Shown: in pieces, positions 1 through 6,841 of the stretch
Layout of the letters: each line of letters starts with the position of its first letter
Position numbering within the stretch: the first letter of the stretch is position 1
Source: Candidatus Eiseniibacteriota bacterium
Lineage (GTDB): Bacteria; Eisenbacteria; RBG-16-71-46; JABDJR01; JAWXBZ01
NCBI GenBank assembly: GCA_034440375.1
Contig: JAWXBZ010000181.1
Coordinates: forward strand, 1 to 10,173
Direction of reading: 5' to 3'
Length of the DNA: 10,173 nucleotides
The notes under the pieces: model-generated
What the model saw: only the letters and a program-made list of their open reading frames with translations
Told to the model about the DNA's origin: nothing
Database searches by the model: none
Position numbers and translations under genes: made by a program

Positions 1-326
1 GCTTCAATGGAGCCGCGCTCACGTGAGCGCGGATACCGCGTGGTGGATCGTCGCATGATGCCGCTGGCGAGTTGCTTCAATGGAGCCGCGCTCACGTGAG
101 CGCGGATACTGATGACGAGACCGCCGCACCCATCCATGCAGAGGACGCTTCAATGGAGCCGCGCTCACGTGAGCGCGGATACTTGCTCAGTTGCCCGCTT
201 CTTTGCGGGCTTATTTTGAGCTTCAATGGAGCCGCGCTCACGTGAGCGCGGATACAACCTCGCCACGATCTACTCGGTCGCCGGCGTCACGCTTCAATGG
301 AGCCGCGCTCACGTGAGCGCGGATAC
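1..326 (-). CRISPR. CRISPR array: 5 identical 36-bp repeats and 4 spacers (37, 37, 37, 35 bp), possibly truncated at the window start
   Basis: The repeat GCTTCAATGGAGCCGCGCTCACGTGAGCGCGGATAC occurs at 1-36, 74-109, 147-182, 220-255 and 291-326, with unique spacers at 37-73, 110-146, 183-219 and 256-290. On the minus strand it reads GTATCCGCGCTCACGTGAGCGCGGCTCCATTGAAGC, ending in ATTGAAGC as is typical of type I-G repeats. The leader/cas2 side is at 327+, so transcription is inferred on the minus strand and spacer 256-290 would be the newest. Confidence 0.99.
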
Positions 327-503
327 CGCCCGGGCCATAACTGGCGATGCCAGAAGCACTTCCAGGATGGCATGCGAGCGGGGGCTAAACATCGACTGCG
401 AAATCATGCCTGCCAAGCCCATTCCTTTCTCAACTCATAATGGATTCACGGGTTATCTCACGCGAGCGCCCAGGCGAGCCCGCTCACCACTACCCTGCTC
501 GCC
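327..503 (-). promoter_or_regulatory. CRISPR leader
   Basis: 177-bp non-coding stretch between the cas2 stop and the first repeat. It has an AT-richer core (about 421-460) and repeated GCGAGC(G) motifs at 374-380, 462-468 and 474-479, plus an inverted copy at 497-502. Confidence 0.85.
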
Positions 504-797
504 TCAGACGATGACCGCGGTTTCCGCTTGAGGAGCGGGAAGTGGCTCTCCAAGATACTCGAAGGCGACCGCGGCGCGACCCTCTGTCGGCCCAATGTCC
601 ACGATCATGACCCGGTCCTCGGCATGATGAATGATCCCACCCAGGCATTCTCGCATTTTCATTTTCTCGACATCGGATAGACTGCAGAGGAAGACCGAGT
701 ACTGCACCGGGTCACCAAAGCCGTGCAGTTTCTTGAATACCTGCCGGAGCCGCTTCGGATCGCTGACGTCGTAGGCGACAAGATAGCGGTGGCGCAT
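504..797 (-). CDS. cas2: CRISPR-associated endonuclease Cas2
   Basis: 97 aa. N-terminal YLVAYDVSDPKRLRQVFK and G-x3-QYSVF-x-C-x-L motifs are characteristic of Cas2. The ATG lies 5 nt after the cas1 stop and the gene is adjacent to the leader. Confidence 0.97.
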   Translation of the reverse strand: MRHRYLVAYDVSDPKRLRQVFKKLHGFGDPVQYSVFLCSLSDVEKMKMRECLGGIIHHAEDRVMIVDIGPTEGRAAVAFEYLGEPLPAPQAETAVIV

Positions 798-802
798 ACT
801 CG

Positions 803-2467
803 TCAGCGGGTGGTGAAGGGACGGTAGGCCGGGATTTCCCCGAGAACGACCGCCCGCAGCACCCGAGCCTGCAGTTCGATGATCCGCCGATAGCTGACCG
901 TGTAACCGAACATCGGGTGGGTCACCATCTGGTTCAGCCGGCGCTCGAATCCCTCCAGCACAGTCTTTCTCCCGCGCGGGGTCAGCATCACACCGCGCGC
1001 CCGCTTGAGGAAATCCTGGGGACGGAGTTCACCCTGATTGAAGAGCGTGAGGCAGACGGAATCCGCGATCAGTGCCCGGAACTCTTCGCAGAGATCCAGC
1101 GCCAGCGCCGGCCGGCCGTACTTCGGCGCGTGATAGACACCTCGAAAGACTTCGAAACCGACCGACTGCGCGGCGACCAGGCACTCCTTGATCAGCACCG
1201 AATACAGGAAGGAGAGGACCGCATTGACCTCATCCCTCGGCGGCCGGCGATTGCGGCCCTGCTCACGAAAGACATTGCCTGCCCATTCGCCGGCACCCCG
1301 GAACAGCCGAGGCAGCGCCCCGAAATAGAGCTGCGCGCCCATACCCTCAATACCGAGCAGCGTCGCCACATCCGTCGTGTGCCGAGCCTGCCTGGCATGC
1401 AGCGCCAAGCGGCCGAGCAGCCTGATGTCCCGCTCCGGCAGGTTACGGCGGAGGAGGGTTCGCTGATTCAGAATCTTGCCCGACACGAGCGCCCGGGCGA
1501 CCGCCAGCGCGGCACCATTCTCAATCATCCGGTGCTGGGCGATACGCACCTCAATATTTTTGTGAGGCAGCCCGCTGGTCATGCCGTAGAACCAGCCCCC
1601 GAGACTGAGGTAGATGATCGGGATCTCCCGGTTGAGCAACTCACGGAGCGCCTGGGTCGTGATCTGAACGTGGCCGAAGATGGCGACCTGCGAGAGTTCC
1701 ATCAGGCGGACCTCCCGGACCGTCGATTTCTTCGTGGAGACCACGATCCTTTCATCCCGCTTGCCGATTGTCGTACCCTGCTCCTGCACGTACAGCGGTA
1801 CCCGATCGTCCCGCCCGGGTACGAGGCGTCGTGGCTCCTGCTCCGGTTTCGGGTGGCGCAACTGGTTGATCTCGTCAGGCAGGCAGATGCCGGCGAGAGA
1901 GCAGCGGACGCACTTCGGGCTATCCTGAAGCGGCGGGGGGAGCCTCCCCTCCGCCGCCAGCCCACGGAGCCCGGTGACGGCGTCGCGCGTGAGCTGTTCG
2001 AGTTCCGCGTCGAAAGGAACCTCTACGCGGGTTTTCGACTCCGCGAAGTACAGTACTCCCCCATCACATTCGTAGCCGTTGTCACGCAGAATCAGCCCCT
2101 GCACACAGAGCTGCACCCGCTCCGGGTCGAAGGCACGGGCCGGGATGTCCGGCACGGAGCCTCGCTTGTAGTCCACCGGAGTGGCGCGGCGACCGTCCAC
2201 CTCAAGCAGGTCCAGCCGGGCAATGCAGCCGAGGCTGGGGGACGAGAGCGTCACGGAGCGGGCAACAAGGCTGCGAGCTTCCGTATCCTCAGCCTCCGGT
2301 ATCTCGGTGGCAGCCTCAACGTCCACTCGGCGGTGGGTCCACCGCCCGGAGACCGTGTCCGCATTGTCGTCCCACTCGCCCTGGACCCACTCGAGGTAGG
2401 CTAGGCGGGGACAGTAGACGTACTCGTTGACCATGCGCGCGGGCACCAGATCGGGAGTCTCGCTCAT
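803..2467 (-). CDS. cas1: Cas4-Cas1 fusion (adaptation nuclease/integrase, GSU0057-like)
   Basis: N-terminal Cas4: YVYCPR, RecB-like H...LDLLE...[16 protein letters not shown], and the C-x2-C-x5-C Fe-S motif ([14 protein letters not shown]). C-terminal Cas1: [45 protein letters not shown]. Start placed at ATG 2467 ([12 protein letters not shown], 554 aa); the ORF-track start at 2515 lies inside the vapB promoter/operator and is less likely. Confidence 0.96.
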   Translation of the reverse strand: MSETPDLVPARMVNEYVYCPRLAYLEWVQGEWDDNADTVSGRWTHRRVDVEAATEIPEAEDTEARSLVARSVTLSSPSLGCIARLDLLEVDGRRATPVDYKRGSVPDIPARAFDPERVQLCVQGLILRDNGYECDGGVLYFAESKTRVEVPFDAELEQLTRDAVTGLRGLAAEGRLPPPLQDSPKCVRCSLAGICLPDEINQLRHPKPEQEPRRLVPGRDDRVPLYVQEQGTTIGKRDERIVVSTKKSTVREVRLMELSQVAIFGHVQITTQALRELLNREIPIIYLSLGGWFYGMTSGLPHKNIEVRIAQHRMIENGAALAVARALVSGKILNQRTLLRRNLPERDIRLLGRLALHARQARHTTDVATLLGIEGMGAQLYFGALPRLFRGAGEWAGNVFREQGRNRRPPRDEVNAVLSFLYSVLIKECLVAAQSVGFEVFRGVYHAPKYGRPALALDLCEEFRALIADSVCLTLFNQGELRPQDFLKRARGVMLTPRGRKTVLEGFERRLNQMVTHPMFGYTVSYRRIIELQARVLRAVVLGEIPAYRPFTTR

Positions 2468-2477
2468 GGGGAAACTA

Positions 2478-2506
2478 TTGCGGAGTGGTGTGACATCGCG
2501 TATGGT
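2478..2506 (+). promoter_or_regulatory. Predicted sigma70-type promoter of vapBC
   Basis: TTGCGG (2478-2483), a 17-bp spacer, then TATGGT (2501-2506). The predicted start near 2513 falls in the operator, upstream of the vapB RBS (GGAG 2530-2533). Confidence 0.55.
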
Positions 2507-2523
2507 ATATATCACTGATATAT
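2507..2523. promoter_or_regulatory. Predicted VapBC autoregulatory operator (inverted repeat)
   Basis: Perfect 8-bp inverted repeat ATATATCA-C-TGATATAT, very AT-rich in a GC-rich background, immediately upstream of an AbrB-type vapB. It resembles the TATAT-rich palindromic operators bound by AbrB-fold VapB antitoxins. Confidence 0.7.
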
Positions 2524-2540
2524 CTCAACGGAGATCTCCG

Positions 2541-2828
2541 ATGCCCAAGGCACCAGAGGACCGCGAGCGCAGGAGTTCTGGCCGAGCCCGGCTGTTCTGG
2601 AATGGGCGCTCGCAGGCGGTCCGCCTCCCGCAGGAATTCCGGTTCGAGGGAGATGAGGTACTGATCCGGCGGGAGGGAGCGCGGGTGATTCTTGAGCCGG
2701 TGGCGGAGCGAGGGTGGCCCGAGGGCTACTGGGAGGTGCTGAAGACCGGCGCGCCGCTGTTCGAGGACTTTTCACTGCCCCTGCCGCTGACACCGGGCGG
2801 GACCGATGTGGATCTGGATCGCCGGTGA
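2541..2828 (+). CDS. vapB: VapB antitoxin, AbrB/MazE/SpoVT DNA-binding domain
   Basis: 95 aa from ATG 2541 with a [46 protein letters not shown] is the classic VapB/VagC AbrB signature, followed by an acidic C-terminal part. Its stop overlaps the vapC start (GTGA). Confidence 0.95.
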   Translation: MPKAPEDRERRSSGRARLFWNGRSQAVRLPQEFRFEGDEVLIRREGARVILEPVAERGWPEGYWEVLKTGAPLFEDFSLPLPLTPGGTDVDLDRR

Positions 2829-3226
2829 CTCATCTGCTGGATACCAGCGTGTGCGTCGAGGTGCTGCGCGGAAATCCACGCGTCACCGCGCGCCTCTCGG
2901 CGCTTCGGGCCACCGACGTAGCGGTGTCCGCGATGACACTCGCCGAACTGTGGCATGGCGTCCGAAAGAGCCAACGGGCCGACGCCATGCGTGAGGTGGT
3001 GGACCGGTTCCTGGCACCGCTCAACGTGGTGCCCTTCGAGCGGGCGGCGGCCGAAGCCCATGCGGCGTCCCGGTACGCGCTGGAAGGCAAGGGTCATCCT
3101 ATCGGCGAACGGGATCTGATCATCGCCGCGACAGCCCTGGCGCATGGCCTGACGGTCGTGACCGGGAATCTTCGCGAGTTCACCCGGGTGCCCGGGCTTC
3201 GAGTGGAGGAGTGGGGACGGGGGTAG
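2825..3226 (+). CDS. vapC: VapC toxin, PIN-domain ribonuclease
   Basis: 133 aa from GTG 2825, overlapping the vapB stop. PIN motifs [45 protein letters not shown] and VPGLRVEEW are present with the acidic catalytic residues (D, E, D, E) intact. Confidence 0.96.
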   Translation: MTHLLDTSVCVEVLRGNPRVTARLSALRATDVAVSAMTLAELWHGVRKSQRADAMREVVDRFLAPLNVVPFERAAAEAHAASRYALEGKGHPIGERDLIIAATALAHGLTVVTGNLREFTRVPGLRVEEWGRG

Positions 3227-3260
3227 GGGGATGGAGAAGGGCGCAGAATGCCGGAGGGCC

Positions 3261-4865
3261 TCAGGACCCCAACGCCGCGAACAGTCCAACACCATGGAAA
3301 CGGCCCGCACCAAGGCATATCGGACCAGGCACTCTCACGGGAGCATTGCGCGCATCCCGCCAGGTGAGCATGACGTGATAGCGGGCGAACTGCCTCAAAT
3401 GACCGGGCACCCCGTAACGATCGGCCAGGTCGGTACCGGACCAGAAGCCGACCTTGCGCCACTGGAGTTCCGCCTGACTCGACAGCACCCGAGAGAAACC
3501 GGCCTGAGTAATCGCCTTCCGGAGCAGTCCATCCACGCGAGCATGGAGTTGATCCAGCAGTCCCCTCTGTTCCTCCGCGCTGACGCCGCGGCTTAGCCGC
3601 CGCCGATAGTGTCTGGGGTCGTCATAACCGGGGAGGACCACCGGCGTGACGGTCGCCCATGATGCAGCAGCCTCGGTGTAGCAACGGATGGTCCTGTCGT
3701 CCGCGGATATTGGAGATAGAAGCGCGACGGGTTGATTCGTGTTCTCGTCAATCAGCTCCTGGCCTGCCAACGCACGCCTGGCCCAGGCGATCTCGGGTTC
3801 GCAGTCGCCGGCGAAGGCGGCAAGAATTCCCCGCCGGATACTGCCAACCACCCGGGTGGTGCCCCACCCCCGCCCCTCAAGGCTGGGCAGAGGCAAATAG
3901 GCGAATCTTTTCGGCCCAACCGCGACGTGGCGAGTATCGTCTTTCGATTCACCATGACCGAGGACGAAAGAGTTGATCCGCTCGTCGGGCCAGCCAACCC
4001 GCGCAGCGGTGCGCCGGGCCACATGCCGCATCATGCCTGCGACGGTAAGTGCTCGCCGGACGACATCGAACGGACGGAAACCACTGGCATCGAGCTTCAG
4101 CAAGGAAAAGGCGGCGACCGGGCGGCTTGGCGGGTCGGTCGCGCGCCGGTACTCCACGCTATCGTACATGGTCAGCGGCGGCGGGGCGGTGAACGTCCAG
4201 CCATCCGGGCTCAGACGGTCGAGAAACCGGGCATGCCGGTGAATCAAGGCTTCGAGCGTGCCTTCCTTCGGCACGCGTAATCCATCAGTCGTTGTTCCGC
4301 CAAGCGGCAGCCAGCGCTCCCCTGACAGACTATCCAACTGCTCGTCGGACATGATTGCGCCATGCCCCACGACCATGTCTGCGCCCCAGCCCAGGGCAAT
4401 GACGCTGCGTGCGATGTCGGAGAGCGTGGCAAGATGGCCCCGAACTTCGTCTGTGAGCGGGTCCGGCAGGGACCAGAGGTAGTGGACGGCGTCGCCATCG
4501 CGCAGGAGTGTAGGGCGGACGGTCTTCATCGTTCGGTGCGTCGCCGGATTGGCATCGCCGACATTGGAGTAGTTGCCGCGGCACCACGCCCGCGCGACGA
4601 CGTCCATCGCGTTGTTGGGCACCGAGAGGCAATAGCCTGTTGAAGCCCTGACGCCGACTGGGGCGACCATCGTCGGCACGCGCTGCTGCTCCAGCCACTC
4701 CAGAGCAGATTTCAGCGACTCCAGGCGTTGCTGCCCCGCCGCCGCCGCGACCAGCGCCTGGAACACCCGCAGCGGCGACGGCGGCCACTCCGGTTCACCA
4801 CCGTCCCGCCGGCCGTGGAACAGCGGATCGAGGAAGCGCATCGAGAGATCAAATTGCAAAGGCAT
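3261..4865 (-). CDS. csb2: Type I-G Csb2 (Cas5-Cas6 fusion, GSU0054-like)
   Basis: 534 aa. N-terminal FHG...EWPPSPLRVFQALVA and ALEWLE Cas5-like motifs, a central LGWG, WATVTPVVL, and the C-terminal Cas6 glycine-rich loop GPICLGAGRFHGVGLF. GGAG RBS 6 nt before the ATG. Confidence 0.95.
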   Translation of the reverse strand: MPLQFDLSMRFLDPLFHGRRDGGEPEWPPSPLRVFQALVAAAAGQQRLESLKSALEWLEQQRVPTMVAPVGVRASTGYCLSVPNNAMDVVARAWCRGNYSNVGDANPATHRTMKTVRPTLLRDGDAVHYLWSLPDPLTDEVRGHLATLSDIARSVIALGWGADMVVGHGAIMSDEQLDSLSGERWLPLGGTTTDGLRVPKEGTLEALIHRHARFLDRLSPDGWTFTAPPPLTMYDSVEYRRATDPPSRPVAAFSLLKLDASGFRPFDVVRRALTVAGMMRHVARRTAARVGWPDERINSFVLGHGESKDDTRHVAVGPKRFAYLPLPSLEGRGWGTTRVVGSIRRGILAAFAGDCEPEIAWARRALAGQELIDENTNQPVALLSPISADDRTIRCYTEAAASWATVTPVVLPGYDDPRHYRRRLSRGVSAEEQRGLLDQLHARVDGLLRKAITQAGFSRVLSSQAELQWRKVGFWSGTDLADRYGVPGHLRQFARYHVMLTWRDARNAPVRVPGPICLGAGRFHGVGLFAALGS

Positions 4866-4877
4866 CTTGTTCTCCGG

Positions 4878-5984
4878 TCACTCGGCCTTCTTGGCGTCGG
4901 CCCCGGCCCGTTTCTTCTTCTTGTCCTTGGCGTCCGCGACGTCCTTCCTCGCCGATTCCTTGTCGAACTCAACCTCACGATCCTCCCCGATGCCAAATGC
5001 CTCGGTAGCGGCCTTGGCGTAGGCGAGCGCGTCCGGATGCGTCAGGGCAGCGTCTTCACGCCGGCCATCACCGTAGACCGCCTTGAACTCACGCGGCTTT
5101 TCGGGATCGAGCACGAGATTGCAGCCCTGCCTAAGGTAGCCGGATGGTGCGTGAGTGAACGCGGTCAGGGCAAGACCGAGGACGTAGCGACGCAGAACCA
5201 TGGTCTTCTGCTCGTCGCTGCCCGCAGCGAGCAAGCGTAACGCGGCGAGGTGGAGTGTAGAGTCGCGGCGGATGCCACCCGCGGCGATGACGCCGCCATG
5301 GGTGGCAGAGCCTTGTACGTCATGAAGAAACCCCCTCTGTGAAAGCGGGTTTTTCGTCTTCACCTTACCCTCAGTGGTCCTGAGGCCCTCGGGCTCCTCG
5401 AGCAACCCTTCATCCACATAGTCGACGGCCGGCACGTACGCTGCCGAGCGCGTCAGTTGACGAACATCGAGCGCCCGAATCGTCGAGGCGATTAATCGCG
5501 GCAGCTTGGCCTGTGTGTCACGGGAGTCCCACGCGCCGAAGACGAGCGATGTCGGCGCGATCTTCGCCAGCGGCTCGGCGTCACCGTTCAACACCGCCTT
5601 AAACGCCTCCTGGAGTTTCTGCTGCAGCGCCGAGCAGCGGACGATGGCGTCGCCGGCGCGGTGTCCCGCATCGAGCAGATTCACGCGCTTGTCGCCAGCC
5701 TTCACGACGACCTGTGGTACCAGGCGCGCGTAGTCCCCCTTGGCAAAGAGCGGCTCGATGCGGTTCGCTTGGGAACCGACGCTGTCGATCAGACAGACGT
5801 TCTTGCCGTCGGTGAACTCATCAATGTTGTAACCGCCCTTGAAGGCCTTGTCTTCGCTGGCGGCGAACGTCGCCGGGAACAGGACGCCGTCGTGGCCCTC
5901 GACGGGCATCAGGTGCTCCCGGATCACCAGCGCAGCTGGGCCAGTGTCCGTCAACCAGGCGTCAAACTGTTCCAGATCGCTCAT
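4878..5984 (-). CDS. cas7: Type I-G Cas7 backbone (Csb1, GSU0053-like)
   Basis: 368 aa from ATG 5984 with an AAGGAG RBS, 2 nt after the upstream stop. Motifs LFPATF, CLIDSVGSQANRIE, GHRAGDA and PTSLVFGAWDSR are typical of Csb1/Cas7u. The ORF-track start at 6074 overlaps the upstream gene. Confidence 0.95.
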   Translation of the reverse strand: MSDLEQFDAWLTDTGPAALVIREHLMPVEGHDGVLFPATFAASEDKAFKGGYNIDEFTDGKNVCLIDSVGSQANRIEPLFAKGDYARLVPQVVVKAGDKRVNLLDAGHRAGDAIVRCSALQQKLQEAFKAVLNGDAEPLAKIAPTSLVFGAWDSRDTQAKLPRLIASTIRALDVRQLTRSAAYVPAVDYVDEGLLEEPEGLRTTEGKVKTKNPLSQRGFLHDVQGSATHGGVIAAGGIRRDSTLHLAALRLLAAGSDEQKTMVLRRYVLGLALTAFTHAPSGYLRQGCNLVLDPEKPREFKAVYGDGRREDAALTHPDALAYAKAATEAFGIGEDREVEFDKESARKDVADAKDKKKKRAGADAKKAE

Positions 5985-5986
5985 CC

Positions 5987-6841
5987 TTAGCTCCTTGCAA
6001 ACGGGGTGGCCGGCAGGAATGCCTTGTGCTTTCTCTGGTCGGTCCGGAAGGCATTCTCGAAGCGGAAGCCGCAACTACCGACGTGCGGTAGCAGGCCGCA
6101 GACCGCCGTCGGCGCAATGCGGGCCTCCAGCGGGACGGCCCATGTATGGTAGTCGAACACGCGCCATGTGCTGGTGGGCATGGGCCGAAATCGCTGCAAG
6201 CCGACAAGACACAGGGACTCAACCGCAGGAAACGCAACCGTTGTCATCCCTTTGAGGGCATCGGGAGCGAAACCGATATCAAGAGATCGCGCACTGGCTC
6301 CACGTCTTGCGTCGAAATAAAACGGCTCGCGCTTCTTGCCTTGCTTCAACTTGCTATTGTTAGCCTTGCCCTTGGTATCTGGAACCGGATCGAAGACAAC
6401 ACGCCCATCGTTGAGTGGATCGGCACACGACGTATCTAGAGCGCTTGCCATGGCGCGGTAGATCACGCGGACGTTCATCGAGCCAGCCCAAGGCTTCAAC
6501 GATTTATCGGTCCACCAGTCAAGCCGCAACAGAGGTAACGGGTCAGGCAGCACGAGATCCAGAGGCTGCGCGTTGCTGTCTCCCTCCGCCTCGTCATCTT
6601 CGGCATCTTCGGCAATGTCGCCATCCGCAGTGTCAATGAGAGAGGTCTTTAACCTGTCCAGAAGCACCGGCAACGAGCATCCTTCGTCAGCACGGATGAC
6701 GAACCGGTCGCCTTCGAACCACCCTTCCGCTCCGCCCCAGAGCCGATCCGCCAATTCCAGCAGGCCACAGCAGGCGAAGAACTGGCCCGGATTGGTCGGG
6801 TCAACGCGGACGCGGATCGCAGCTTCGGGCTGCTCGCTCAT
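5987..6841 (-). CDS. csb3: Type I-G small Cas8 subunit (Cas8u2/Csb3, GSU0052-like)
   Basis: 284 aa from ATG 6841, overlapping the cas3 stop (ATGA). N-terminal VDPTNPGQFFACCGLLELA..W..AEGWF, LRLDWW, K.WAG, FYFDAR, LDIGF and VESLCLVGLQRFRP match my recollection of the GSU0052/Csb3 family. The position between cas3 and cas7 fits. Confidence 0.85.
   Translation of the reverse strand: MSEQPEAAIRVRVDPTNPGQFFACCGLLELADRLWGGAEGWFEGDRFVIRADEGCSLPVLLDRLKTSLIDTADGDIAEDAEDDEAEGDSNAQPLDLVLPDPLPLLRLDWWTDKSLKPWAGSMNVRVIYRAMASALDTSCADPLNDGRVVFDPVPDTKGKANNSKLKQGKKREPFYFDARRGASARSLDIGFAPDALKGMTTVAFPAVESLCLVGLQRFRPMPTSTWRVFDYHTWAVPLEARIAPTAVCGLLPHVGSCGFRFENAFRTDQRKHKAFLPATPFARS

Noticed and set aside
226-531. 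101-aa + strand ORF
   Set aside because: It runs through CRISPR repeats, a spacer and the leader; the ATG comes from the repeat itself.
917-2404. 495-aa + strand ORF
   Set aside because: It is the antisense shadow of cas4-cas1, common in GC-rich coding DNA, and has no recognisable motifs.
2427-2540. N-terminal extension of vapB in the ORF track (and of vapC from 2714)
   Set aside because: The extensions overlap cas4-cas1 and the promoter, or vapB. The RBS at 2530 and the GTGA coupling at 2825 support the shorter starts.
2466-3240. Possible target-site duplication or IS ends around vapBC (ATGGGGAA at 2466 vs ATGGAGAA at 3231)
   Set aside because: The match is short and imperfect in a purine-rich context, with no terminal inverted repeats or transposase.
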